Shown: positions 42,484 through 51,968, numbered from the stretch's first letter. The stretch: 64,000 bases of DNA from Bacteroidales bacterium (GCA_016936975.1 JAFGWU010000036.1:14838-78837), one strand, 5' to 3'. Program-made: numbers and translations. The notes: generated by a model not told the origin, from the letters alone.

Positions 42484-43581
42484 ATGGCCCTGCAATGTGG
42501 AATTATCGGAATAGCCAATGTGGGAAAGTCAACCCTGTTTAACTGCATGTCCTCGACAAAAGTTGAAACAACACGTTTCGCTTTTACAAGCAGCAGTTCC
42601 AATGTGGGCATAGTGGATGTTCCCGATCCGAGACTTTATGATCTGGAAAACTTTCAGAAAACAGATAAGATCATACCAGCCACTGTTGAGATTGTAGATA
42701 TTCCCGGATTAACAAAAGGCGCAAATAAAGGGGAAGGAGTCGGTAACCGGTTCCTGGGGGACATCAGGAATACCGATGCGTTGATTCATGTAGTGAGATG
42801 TTTCGACGATGAGGAGCTTCCCCATATAGAAGGTTCCGTTGACCCGGTAAGGGATATAGAAACCATTAATTTCGAACTCCAGCTGAAGGACCTGGAATCT
42901 GTTGAAAAGAAGATTGAGCGTTACCAGAAACTGGCAAAGTCCGGAGATAAAGAGATAAAACAGGGCCTCGACGTTCTTGTGAATTTTAAGGAGCACCTTG
43001 AAAATTTTGAAAATGCCCGTGATATTGAGCTGCCGGAAAAGGATAGAAAATTCATTGATGATCTGTTCCTTCTTACTGCAAAACCGGTGCTCTATGTATG
43101 TAATATTGATGACGGATCGTTAACTTCCGGCAATCCATATGTCGATCAGGTTAAAGAATTCCTTAAGAATGATAGAACAGATGTCCTGATGCTTGCTGCA
43201 AAGCTCGAATCGGAAATCGCGGAACTGGAGGATGCCAATGACCGGAAGGAGTTCATGGATGATGCCGGACTCTCAGAGCCGGGAGTGAATAAATTGATCC
43301 GGTCCGCCTATTCCTTGCTCAATCTGATGTCGTTCTTCACTGTTGGACCAAAGGAAATCCGTGCATGGACCATTAAGAAGGGGATGACAGCTCCCCAGGC
43401 TGCCGGTGTTATTCACAGTGACCTGGAGCGGGGATTCATCAGGGCTGAAGTGATGAAATATGATGATTTTGTATCACTCGGTTCCGAACAGGCATGCAGG
43501 GAAAAGGGAAAGTTGCACATAGAAGGAAAGAATTATGTCGTGCAGGATGGGGATATCCTGCATATTCGATTTAATGTTTGA
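42484..43581 (+). CDS. ychF: Redox-regulated ATPase YchF
   Basis: GIIGIANVGKSTLFN, the D.PGL.KGA motif (here DIPGLTKGA) and a TGS-like C-terminus (IHSD.ERGFIRAEV), 365 aa. Confidence 0.95.
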   Translation: MALQCGIIGIANVGKSTLFNCMSSTKVETTRFAFTSSSSNVGIVDVPDPRLYDLENFQKTDKIIPATVEIVDIPGLTKGANKGEGVGNRFLGDIRNTDALIHVVRCFDDEELPHIEGSVDPVRDIETINFELQLKDLESVEKKIERYQKLAKSGDKEIKQGLDVLVNFKEHLENFENARDIELPEKDRKFIDDLFLLTAKPVLYVCNIDDGSLTSGNPYVDQVKEFLKNDRTDVLMLAAKLESEIAELEDANDRKEFMDDAGLSEPGVNKLIRSAYSLLNLMSFFTVGPKEIRAWTIKKGMTAPQAAGVIHSDLERGFIRAEVMKYDDFVSLGSEQACREKGKLHIEGKNYVVQDGDILHIRFNV

Positions 43582-43582
43582 T

Positions 43583-45106
43583 ATGAAATCCTGCCTCTTC
43601 CTGTTCATCCTTTTACAATTCCATCTGCTGACAGGGCAGTCCTATCATTCCAATGCACAGGATGCTCCCCTTCCTGATGATTCAGATATGGCTGGCTGTC
43701 TTGAGGAGGCCTTTACATTTACCAGGTATCCGACCTATGAGCAGTATAAACAGATGATGCTGACCCTGCCAAATGATTATCCCGGATTATGCAGACTGGA
43801 CACCATAGGATTTTCTGAGCAGGGCCGGGCAATCCTGGTTTTGAGAATCTCGGATCGGATCGGTACGGACGAAGGCGAAGCCCGTTTCTTTTACTCTTCA
43901 TCCATGCATGGTGATGAGCTGGTCGGGTATGTGCTCTTGTTGAGACTATCCGGATACCTCCTTGAGAATTACGGAAAGGATCAGGAAATAAAAAGATTGA
44001 TCGACAGCCTTGAGATATACATAAATCCCCTTTCCAACCCCGACGGCACATTCTACCCTGATAATAACCTTTCGGTACTGGGGGCTATCAGGGAGAATAG
44101 TCTGGGTTTCGACCTTAACAGGACCTATCCTGATCCGTTCGTTCCCGATGAAAATGATACAACGGGGAGACCCCTGGAGACCAGGTTGATGATGGAGTAT
44201 ATGGACAAATACTATTTTACCATGTCGGCCAATATCCATGGGGGAGAGGAGGTGGTGAATTATCCATGGGATTATGCCGAGAATATTTATCATCCGGATA
44301 ATGATTGGTTCTATTTTGTGTCCAGGGAATATGCCGATGAAGCCAGGGCTGTCAATCCCGGTTACATGAGCGGATTTACTGACGGAGTTACTATTGGTTG
44401 GGAATGGTATCCCATTCGGGGAGGCAGGCAGGATTATGTGACCTATTATCTGCACGGACGGGAAGTGACCCTTGAATTGTCGATCGACAAGACGCCCGAA
44501 TCGGAAAGTCTGGATTATTTCTGGGAGATCAATAAACGTTCGCTGATAAATTATATGTCACAATGCCTCTTTGGAATCCGGGGAAAGGTAAGCAGTGCGG
44601 TTTCCGGACAGTCGCTTTGCGCAAAAGTCTTTATTCCGGGTCATGATGATGAAAACTCATGGATCTTATCAGACAGCCTGTCGGGCAAATTCTACCGGCT
44701 TATCAAGGAAGGGACTTACGACCTGGTTTTTTCCGCTGACGGATTCCATAATGATACGGTCCACGATGTCCAGGTGCAGGATTATCAGGCCACCTGGCTT
44801 GAGGTTATGCTCGAGCCCGTCTCCGGACCGAATAACCGGAAGGTCAGCCCGGTCCATCCGGGGATGCTGATAAAACTCTATCCCAATCCGGCAGGTGAGG
44901 CGATTCATGTTGAATCAGACGGTTCATGCACCTATTCATTCCGTTACACTGTTTACAGTCTGGATGGCAATTCGTTGTTATCCGGTACTGCTTCATCGGA
45001 TACACCTGTTACCCGTATTGAATTATCCTTATTGAAGCAGGGCTTATACCTGTTGAAAATTGAGTCGGAGTGTGGAACTTCCAGCCTGAAGTTTATAAAG
45101 CATTAG
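43583..45106 (+). CDS. M14 zinc carboxypeptidase with T9SS type-A C-terminal sorting domain
   Basis: Start trimmed to MKSCLFLFILLQ (signal peptide). HGDE, DLNRTYP, NIHGGEE and TLELS catalytic motifs are intact. C-terminus is LYPNPAGEAIHVE...GLYLLKIES. Confidence 0.88.
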   Translation: MKSCLFLFILLQFHLLTGQSYHSNAQDAPLPDDSDMAGCLEEAFTFTRYPTYEQYKQMMLTLPNDYPGLCRLDTIGFSEQGRAILVLRISDRIGTDEGEARFFYSSSMHGDELVGYVLLLRLSGYLLENYGKDQEIKRLIDSLEIYINPLSNPDGTFYPDNNLSVLGAIRENSLGFDLNRTYPDPFVPDENDTTGRPLETRLMMEYMDKYYFTMSANIHGGEEVVNYPWDYAENIYHPDNDWFYFVSREYADEARAVNPGYMSGFTDGVTIGWEWYPIRGGRQDYVTYYLHGREVTLELSIDKTPESESLDYFWEINKRSLINYMSQCLFGIRGKVSSAVSGQSLCAKVFIPGHDDENSWILSDSLSGKFYRLIKEGTYDLVFSADGFHNDTVHDVQVQDYQATWLEVMLEPVSGPNNRKVSPVHPGMLIKLYPNPAGEAIHVESDGSCTYSFRYTVYSLDGNSLLSGTASSDTPVTRIELSLLKQGLYLLKIESECGTSSLKFIKH

Positions 45107-45119
45107 CCCGATTTTGTAC

Positions 45120-45127
45120 TATATTTG
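45120..45127 (+). promoter_or_regulatory. Candidate -7 box (TAtaTTTG) upstream of the PafA-like gene
   Basis: Exact TAnnTTTG match, 112 nt before the ATG at 45240. Confidence 0.35.
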
Positions 45128-45239
45128 TAGCCTGATTTTAAAGTCCGGCTATGAAATCAGGATCAGATGTGCTGTCCAAAAGCCTGTAATCATATGCCCG
45201 GTCTGAAGATTCAGTTTGTTTGTGTGAAAAGAATTTGAT

Positions 45240-46880
45240 ATGAGAAGGTTTCTCCCGGTTTGTGCTGCAATCAGTTTATTTCCCTTTTTCAATCTCGATG
45301 CCCAGCGGATCCCTCCGCAAAAGCCCAGGCTGGTGGTTGGAATTACGGTATCAGGAATGCGTTATGACTATCTTTCATCCTTCTGGAATAAATACAGGGA
45401 GGATGGATTTAAAAAGATGGCTACAACGGGCGTGAATTGCAGGAATGCCCGATACGATTATATGATTGTTGAGCCGGCGGCAGGCCATGCGACCCTGGCC
45501 AGCGGGGTAGGGCCCGATGCACATGGGATCGTTGCCGATTACTGGTACGAAAGAAGGGACAACCAGGTTCAGTATTGTATAGAGGACCCGGATTGTGTCA
45601 CCATTGGCGGGAATTACGATGCCGGAAGGTATTCTCCGCGGCATCTTCAAACCAGAACCATAACCGATGAACTGAGAGTGATAAGCAAGTTTGAATCAAA
45701 AACGATCGGAATTTCAATGGACCCGAAGGCGGCAATACTGCAAACCGGTCACACCGCCTCCTCTGTTTATTGGCTCGATCCTTCGACTGCCAGCTGGATT
45801 TCAAGTTCCTATTACATGGATTCACTGCCTGATTGGGTGGATCTTTTCAATCAAAAACGATTCCAGGATATCTATCTGGAGGAAACATGGACTCCCTTGC
45901 TGCCAATTGACGAATACCGGGAGAGTATGCTGGATAATAATCCTTACGAAAAAGGCTTTAATGGACAGATTACTTTTCCGTATGAACTTGGACGGATCAG
46001 CAGGATTGATAAATCGGTAAGAGATTATTCATTATTGATGAGCACTCCCTTTGGCAATACCTATACCAAGGATTTTGCAATTGCGGCTATTGTCAGTGAA
46101 GAACTGGGCATGGATGACGTTACAGATTGGATCAATATTGGCTTTAATGCAACCAGGTATCTTTCGGAACGATTCAGTACCCGGTCGCTCGAAACAGAAG
46201 ATGCCTATCTCAGGCTTGATGCCGATCTTGCACATTTTCTGAATTTTCTTAACGACCATATTGGATTGGAGAATGTTCTGATTTATCTGACTGCGGAAAA
46301 TGCCATTGCAGACGACCCGGCATACCTGGAGAAAAGCAGGATCCCTTCAGGATATTTTAATTACCGAAGCAGTATTTCTCTTCTGAAGTCTTATCTGAAT
46401 GCAGTATATGGTCAGGGTGAATGGGTAACATTTTACTACGCCCAGCAGATATATTTAAATCACAGGCTTATTGAAGATTCGAGATTATCGCTTGCGGAGT
46501 TTCAGGACAGGGTAATAAGCTTTATGATGCAGATGAATGGCGTGTCGAATGCGATGTCTGGTTCAATCCTCCAGAGAAATAATTTTACGGATGGCGTATT
46601 TGCATCAATACAAAACAGTTATAACCAGAAACGCTCAGGGGATGTCATCATATATCTTACCCCGGGTTGGATTGAGCACAGCAGCAACCACAGGAATGGA
46701 TATACGGATTATAGCTTTGATCCTCATGTCCCCTTGATTTTCTATGGCTGGAAAATAAACAGGCTGAATATTCCCCACAGGGTATCACCTGCAGATATAG
46801 CCCCTACGATTGCTTATTTTCTGGAAATATCCGCTCCCTTTAATATTACCGGAAAGGTCATCAGCGAAATCGTTAAATAA
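45240..46880 (+). CDS. Secreted alkaline-phosphatase-superfamily (PafA/NPP-like) protein, probably catalytically inactive
   Basis: 546 aa with a signal peptide. The scaffold matches PafA/NPP (..GH.T...G..P..HGI, EDAYLRLD, DPHVPLIFYGW), but the nucleophile and metal-ligand positions are substituted (see findings). Confidence 0.8.
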   Translation: MRRFLPVCAAISLFPFFNLDAQRIPPQKPRLVVGITVSGMRYDYLSSFWNKYREDGFKKMATTGVNCRNARYDYMIVEPAAGHATLASGVGPDAHGIVADYWYERRDNQVQYCIEDPDCVTIGGNYDAGRYSPRHLQTRTITDELRVISKFESKTIGISMDPKAAILQTGHTASSVYWLDPSTASWISSSYYMDSLPDWVDLFNQKRFQDIYLEETWTPLLPIDEYRESMLDNNPYEKGFNGQITFPYELGRISRIDKSVRDYSLLMSTPFGNTYTKDFAIAAIVSEELGMDDVTDWINIGFNATRYLSERFSTRSLETEDAYLRLDADLAHFLNFLNDHIGLENVLIYLTAENAIADDPAYLEKSRIPSGYFNYRSSISLLKSYLNAVYGQGEWVTFYYAQQIYLNHRLIEDSRLSLAEFQDRVISFMMQMNGVSNAMSGSILQRNNFTDGVFASIQNSYNQKRSGDVIIYLTPGWIEHSSNHRNGYTDYSFDPHVPLIFYGWKINRLNIPHRVSPADIAPTIAYFLEISAPFNITGKVISEIVK

Positions 46881-47615
46881 CTAACTCCTGAACTCCTTTC
46901 TAAGGGAAACAAAATCCCTGAGCAGTTCAGGATTCTGTTCAATCGCCGTACCGACAACGATCATATCGGCACCGGCCCTGAAAATTTTTCCGGCCTCCTC
47001 TTTTGTCCTGATCCCTCCTCCTACAATAAGGGGAAGAGAAATATTTTTTCTGATGGCCCGAATCATCTCTTCATTGACGGGTTTCGCGGCACCGCTTCCT
47101 GCTTCCAGGTAAATAACTTTTAATCCAAGCATTTCTCCGGCTATGGCAGTGGAAATAGCAATGTCTGTTTTTTCAGCGGGAATGGGTCGGGTATGGCTCA
47201 TATACTCCACCGATGTATATCGTCCATTCTCTATCAGCATATATCCTGTAGGGATCACTTCGATCCCTGCCCTTTTCAGATGAGGGGCTGCGAGGACCTG
47301 GTTCCCGATCAAAAAGTCGGGATTGCGTCCCGATATCAGAGACAGAAGAAAGATACCGTCAGCCCTGTCACTTAGCTGAAGCACATTGCCAGGGAAAATG
47401 AATACCGGAACAGAAGTGTAAAGTTTAAGGGTGGTGACAGCAATATCGATGGGACTCATTAACATACTTCCCCCAACCAGGAGCAGGTCGGGGGGATATT
47501 TATTGATCAGAAGGATCAGTTCATCCAGCGATTTATCTTCGTATTTGTCGGGATCAATCAGAATGGCAACTTTTTTTCCGGACCGTTCCTTAAGTTTCTG
47601 ACTAAGACTTTTCAT
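46881..47615 (-). CDS. pcrB: Geranylgeranylglyceryl/heptaprenylglyceryl phosphate synthase family protein
   Basis: 244 aa TIM-barrel pattern: ILIDPDK, LLVGGS, IPTGYMLIE, YLEAGSGA, PLIVGGGIRT, GADMIVVGTA. Confidence 0.85.
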   Translation of the reverse strand: MKSLSQKLKERSGKKVAILIDPDKYEDKSLDELILLINKYPPDLLLVGGSMLMSPIDIAVTTLKLYTSVPVFIFPGNVLQLSDRADGIFLLSLISGRNPDFLIGNQVLAAPHLKRAGIEVIPTGYMLIENGRYTSVEYMSHTRPIPAEKTDIAISTAIAGEMLGLKVIYLEAGSGAAKPVNEEMIRAIRKNISLPLIVGGGIRTKEEAGKIFRAGADMIVVGTAIEQNPELLRDFVSLRKEFRS

Positions 47616-48247
47616 TTTTTACAGCACCATACCAGTGCATAATTATCGTGAAGTAAATATTCAAGTTCAAATTTTTCAATTCCGGTTCCGTTTATCACAT
47701 TCCCTTCCATGAAGCCGTGGTCTTCAGGTTCAAACGGAAGGACGGTGAGTCCGTCCCTGAAGTTCACATCCTGTTTCTCGCAAATCTTATACATGGCTTC
47801 CTTCGCACACCAATGGAGATAAAGGTGGTTCTTAACCAGTTCGGGATTCCCTGTGATAATCTCATTTTGGTTTATGAACTTATCAGCCACCTTACTGATT
47901 TTTCCGGACATGTATTCAAGATCAATCCCAACCCTCATATCCGGACTGAGAAGCACCGCTGTAAGATTATTGGAATGAGAGATACTGATGTTATGGGTAT
48001 ACCCTTTCAAAAAGGGTTTGTTATCTGCATTGTAAATGATCCTGGTATCTTTTCCCAGCATGTTCTTTACAAGTGCTCTGACACTAAGCCATTCAAGTTT
48101 TCTGCTGATATTCCGAAAACTATCCAGTTTCGCCTTTTCGACGGTAGCAAGATTGACCATCGAATAGAGTGCGTCGTAATCTTCTGTTATCTCCCACACG
48201 CCTAACAGGCATTCTGGCAATATTTCTGTTTTCAAAAATACTCCCAC
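47612..48247 (-). CDS. 4'-phosphopantetheinyl transferase, Sfp type
   Basis: 211 aa with GIDLE and WCAKEAMYK motifs. Its stop overlaps the start of the GGGPS-family gene (ATGA). Confidence 0.8.
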   Translation of the reverse strand: MGVFLKTEILPECLLGVWEITEDYDALYSMVNLATVEKAKLDSFRNISRKLEWLSVRALVKNMLGKDTRIIYNADNKPFLKGYTHNISISHSNNLTAVLLSPDMRVGIDLEYMSGKISKVADKFINQNEIITGNPELVKNHLYLHWCAKEAMYKICEKQDVNFRDGLTVLPFEPEDHGFMEGNVINGTGIEKFELEYLLHDNYALVWCCKK

Positions 48248-48303
48248 GGAATCTGTTTTAACCCTTAAATTTCAGGGGGACTAATTTACAAAAAAAAGAT
48301 GTC

Positions 48304-48867
48304 TTAATAATTCCATCTGGTGGATTCTATCAGATGGAGGATATCCTCCCGCAAAAAATCGATAACGGGATTCAGTGAATCACGATTTATTCTCGTGTTG
48401 AGATAGAGCGAACCGCGGAGAAAATGAGTCGAACTGTCCGTCAGAAAGAACTGCACCGATGAGGCAACATTTCCCTTCAGATCATACAGGATTCCGTACC
48501 GTTTTTCTGCATCATTGAGCAGGAGCGTTTCTTCAATCCCATCCGAACGTGTGGTATGCTTGTAAACAAGCGTGCGGCTGTCCTCAATATACTCCTGAAG
48601 ATTATTGTTCACGTTTTTATAACTTATATGAATGGTCCCGTTCAACTCCGGTATAATTATATTAATCCAATACGGTTCGTTCATCCTTCCCGGATCATTC
48701 TCTACGTACGAATAGTCCGGTATCTCGAATGAATAAGGGGCATTCCCGTCATACAATTTGTATTCCTTTTCAGGAAAGTCTATGCGGGCATAGCCCATTG
48801 GTTTGGGTGTATAAGAGGTATTGCAGGCGGTTACCAGCAGGGAAATAAAGACCAGACTCATCCTCAT
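48304..48867 (-). CDS. gldD: Gliding motility lipoprotein GldD
   Basis: Start trimmed to MRMSLVFISLLVTAC (lipobox). Size and position directly after gldE fit GldD. Confidence 0.75.
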   Translation of the reverse strand: MRMSLVFISLLVTACNTSYTPKPMGYARIDFPEKEYKLYDGNAPYSFEIPDYSYVENDPGRMNEPYWINIIIPELNGTIHISYKNVNNNLQEYIEDSRTLVYKHTTRSDGIEETLLLNDAEKRYGILYDLKGNVASSVQFFLTDSSTHFLRGSLYLNTRINRDSLNPVIDFLREDILHLIESTRWNY

Positions 48868-48871
48868 AATT

Positions 48872-50188
48872 TCATTCTTTGATATAAACCCTGATATCTC
48901 CAATGCGATGCTTATCCATAGACAATACGGTGAACTGAATATTTTTACAGGTAATGATATCATTCACTCCGGGAAAATCACCCTTCAATTCAAGGATCAG
49001 TCCTGCAATGGTTTCGGCATCCCCTTTCACATCATCAAAAATATCATCTGCAATCTCGGTAATCTTAAAGAAATCGTTCAACTGGGTTTTACTATCGAAT
49101 ATAAAAGTCCGGTTGTCAATCTTCTTAAATAATTGTTCGGTATCATCCGATTCATCGGTAATCTCGCCCACGACCTCTTCGAGAATGTCTTCCATGGTTA
49201 CGATGCCTTCGGTCCCTCCATATTCATCAACGACAATGGCCAGGTGTATTTTCATCTGCTGAAACTCTTTCAGCATATCATTGATCTTTTTTGTCTCCGG
49301 CACAAAGAAAGGTTCCCTGATAAGGTTCTGCCACCTGAATGCTTTCTTCTGTCCTATATAAGGCAGAAGATCCTTTACGTACAGGATCCCTTTCATATTA
49401 TCGGATGTTCCTTCATAAACCGGTATCCTTGAATAACCCGATTCAATAATAATCCTGATCAGTTCTTCGGTAGAGGTGTCAATTGCCACAGCCGTCACAT
49501 CCATTCGGGGCTTCATTATTTCCGAGACATCCAGGTTGCTGAATTTGACGATTCCTTCAAGCATCTTTTTTTCATCGGTAACCACGCCGGATGTGAGATC
49601 AAGGGCATCGGATATCTCGTCCATGGAGATATTCCGTCTTTTTCCTGAGAGCCGTTTATTGACCATCCGGGTTGAACTGACCAGTATGAATACAAGCGGA
49701 CGGAAAACTTTTCCCAGTATTACCAGGGGTATTGCCATTAGCAATGCAAACCGCCTGGCAATTCTGTTCGCATATATTTTGGGTATGATTTCTCCAAAAA
49801 GAAGTAACAGAGAGGTAATGACCACTACCTGAATAATAAATTCCAGCACCCGGTTGTTTGAAAAGTCCAGCATGGCACCCATCAGGAAACTGGAGATAAT
49901 GACGATACCCACATTGATAAAATTGTTGGCAATTAAAATAACAGCCAGTAGCTTCTCCGGAGTTTTAAGGTGTTCAATCACCTGGTTGCTTTTCCGGCTC
50001 CCGGTCTGTTTCAGGTCATGAATATCCTGTGGATTGAGTGAGAAATAGGCCACCTCCGACCCGGATATCATGGCGGAGCAGAAAAGCAATACAGCCACAA
50101 TCGCCATACCGATAGCCAGGCCTGTGGTAAAAGCGTTTGCAGTAATTTGAAGGGTGATTGGTAATGATAAAAATGGTTCTGTTTCCAA
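48872..50188 (-). CDS. gldE: Gliding motility protein GldE (CNNM/DUF21-CBS-CorC family)
   Basis: 438 aa with an N-terminal DUF21 transmembrane domain, a CBS pair and a CorC_HlyC C-terminus. Immediately upstream of gldD. Confidence 0.8.
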   Translation of the reverse strand: METEPFLSLPITLQITANAFTTGLAIGMAIVAVLLFCSAMISGSEVAYFSLNPQDIHDLKQTGSRKSNQVIEHLKTPEKLLAVILIANNFINVGIVIISSFLMGAMLDFSNNRVLEFIIQVVVITSLLLLFGEIIPKIYANRIARRFALLMAIPLVILGKVFRPLVFILVSSTRMVNKRLSGKRRNISMDEISDALDLTSGVVTDEKKMLEGIVKFSNLDVSEIMKPRMDVTAVAIDTSTEELIRIIIESGYSRIPVYEGTSDNMKGILYVKDLLPYIGQKKAFRWQNLIREPFFVPETKKINDMLKEFQQMKIHLAIVVDEYGGTEGIVTMEDILEEVVGEITDESDDTEQLFKKIDNRTFIFDSKTQLNDFFKITEIADDIFDDVKGDAETIAGLILELKGDFPGVNDIITCKNIQFTVLSMDKHRIGDIRVYIKE

Positions 50189-50215
50189 ATTCAGACGTAA
50201 TGGTTAAACAAGGTC

Positions 50216-50692
50216 TTAGAAGGGCAGGTCGTCCGATTCATTTTCCGGGGAGAGAAAATCATTTTCCCCGTCAGTTTTGTCGCCGTCTGTCTCTGCTGGC
50301 TTTTGAGGAGAGGAGTACCCTCTGTTATTTTGAGCGGATGGTTGTTCGGATGTGTCATCATCCTGTTTCTTGCCCAGCATCTGCATGATATCTCCTACAA
50401 TTTCGGTAAAATATTTCTTGTTCCCGTCGCGGTCGTCATAGGAGCGGGTACGGATGCGCCCTTCTATATATAATTGTGTTCCTTTTTTCACATATTTCTC
50501 AGCCACCTGGGCCAGCCCCCGCCAGAGGACAACATTGTGCCACTCGGTGGTGGTAACCTTCTCTCCCTCCTTATTCCGGTAAACCTCACTGGTGGCCAGG
50601 GGGAATTTTGAAACCGCAACCCCCTCGTCAAGATACCTGGTTTCAGGATCTTTCCCAACATTTCCGATAAGAATCACTTTATTTACAGACAT
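50216..50692 (-). CDS. ssb: Single-stranded DNA-binding protein
   Basis: Start trimmed to MSVNKVILIGNVGKDPE. OB fold, acidic tail ending DDLPF. Confidence 0.95.
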   Translation of the reverse strand: MSVNKVILIGNVGKDPETRYLDEGVAVSKFPLATSEVYRNKEGEKVTTTEWHNVVLWRGLAQVAEKYVKKGTQLYIEGRIRTRSYDDRDGNKKYFTEIVGDIMQMLGKKQDDDTSEQPSAQNNRGYSSPQKPAETDGDKTDGENDFLSPENESDDLPF

Positions 50693-50775
50693 ATAACAAT
50701 CTAATTTAATATAGGGCGTAAAGATACGAAAAATTGCTAAGCATACCTTTTTGTGATCTATATATGTGATGAAAA

Positions 50776-51831
50776 TTAAAAAATCAGCGTTTTGTGGAGA
50801 TAATTTTTGATTAAAACCGGAAAAGGATAGTGGTTCAATTGTTCTCCGGGGATTTTTATCCACTCCTCAGGCCACCCGAGGTTATTTTCAGGAAGTTCCA
50901 GTTCAAAAAACCGGGCTATGATAGACTGGTGGGTTAACTTATGCTGAATGGGTTCCGATACTGAGGTGACTTTTGAGTCCTCCGGAAAAACATTTACTTG
51001 ATTGCTCAGTTCTTCGAGAACCAGTTCCCGGGGAAGATTCCCTTCTGTTTCGACCAGGGGAAACTGAAAAAGGGAGTTCCATATATCCCGCTTCTTTCGC
51101 TGCTCTATGAAAACATAACCGTTACACTTAATTATGAAGTAGTTGAACCACCTTGTTCTTATAAGATTCCGGTTGGTTTTAACAGGAATTTTATGAACTT
51201 TTTGCTTCGAGAGGGCACTGCAAAATGCATTCAGCGGACAATCGGCACATGAAGGATTAGCCGGTTTGCAGCACAGGGCTCCAAGCTCCATAAGGGCCTG
51301 GTTAAAGGTTCCGGGATCGTCTTTATCAAGAATCTTCAGGGTTTGATCACGGATAAGCTTTACACCTTCCTTGCTGTCGATTGGTACCTCAAAGCCATAC
51401 AATCTGCTTATAACCCTCGAAACATTGCCGTCGATGGCGACAACCGGTTCCCTGAAGGCTATCGAAGCGATGGCTCCCGCTGTATAATCTCCTATTCCCT
51501 TGAGTTTTTTTAGCTCATGCCAGGAACAGGGCAGTTTACCCTGGAAATCGGTTACGATCTGTTTTGCGGCAGCGAGAAGATTTCTTGCCCTGCTGTAGTA
51601 GCCCAGGCCTTGCCAAACCATTAAGACATCCTTTTCGGAGGCATTTGCAAGGGCCATTACATCAGGATATTTCTGAATGAAACGATTATAATATCCTGCT
51701 CCCTGCTTTACCTGTGTTTGCTGGAGAATTATTTCCGATATCCAGATGAGATAGGGATCTTGCGTATGCCGCCATGGAAGGTCTCTGGCATTTTTTTTAT
51801 ACCACTCTGTCAATAGTTTACTAATTTTCAT
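50776..51831 (-). CDS. mutY: A/G-specific adenine glycosylase
   Basis: ATG start gives MKISKLLTEWYKKNARDLPWR. HhH-GPD domain, Fe-S cluster Cys motif C-x6-C-x2-C-x5-C (read from CCKPANPSCADCPLNAFC), NUDIX-like C-terminus. The track start at 51858 is a TTG. Confidence 0.93.
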   Translation of the reverse strand: MKISKLLTEWYKKNARDLPWRHTQDPYLIWISEIILQQTQVKQGAGYYNRFIQKYPDVMALANASEKDVLMVWQGLGYYSRARNLLAAAKQIVTDFQGKLPCSWHELKKLKGIGDYTAGAIASIAFREPVVAIDGNVSRVISRLYGFEVPIDSKEGVKLIRDQTLKILDKDDPGTFNQALMELGALCCKPANPSCADCPLNAFCSALSKQKVHKIPVKTNRNLIRTRWFNYFIIKCNGYVFIEQRKKRDIWNSLFQFPLVETEGNLPRELVLEELSNQVNVFPEDSKVTSVSEPIQHKLTHQSIIARFFELELPENNLGWPEEWIKIPGEQLNHYPFPVLIKNYLHKTLIF

Positions 51832-51906
51832 TATCTTCGCCGTCACTGAATGGTTCAATAGAACTAAAAATACTTAAAATCAATTTTTTAATATCGCAAA
51901 AACATT

Positions 51907-51914
51907 TATATTTG
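51907..51914 (+). promoter_or_regulatory. Candidate -7 box (TAtaTTTG) for HU; a second match TAgtTTTG lies at 51930-51937
   Basis: Two exact TAnnTTTG matches, ending 54 and 31 nt before the ATG at 51969. Confidence 0.4.
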
Positions 51915-51968
51915 CAAATCGCTGAAAAATAGTTTTGTAAATTATTGATAATTAAAGGTTTTTTAAAA

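Noticed and set aside
42280-42495. 72-codon N-terminal extension of the transketolase ORF, and a possible TPP riboswitch in the tkt/ychF divergent region
   Set aside because: The extension has no homology-like features, and the conserved transketolase N-terminus begins at the ATG at 42279. I found no TPP-riboswitch core (CUGAGA...ACCUGAUCUGGAUAAUGCCAGCG-like) on either strand, only weak 4-5 bp palindromes.
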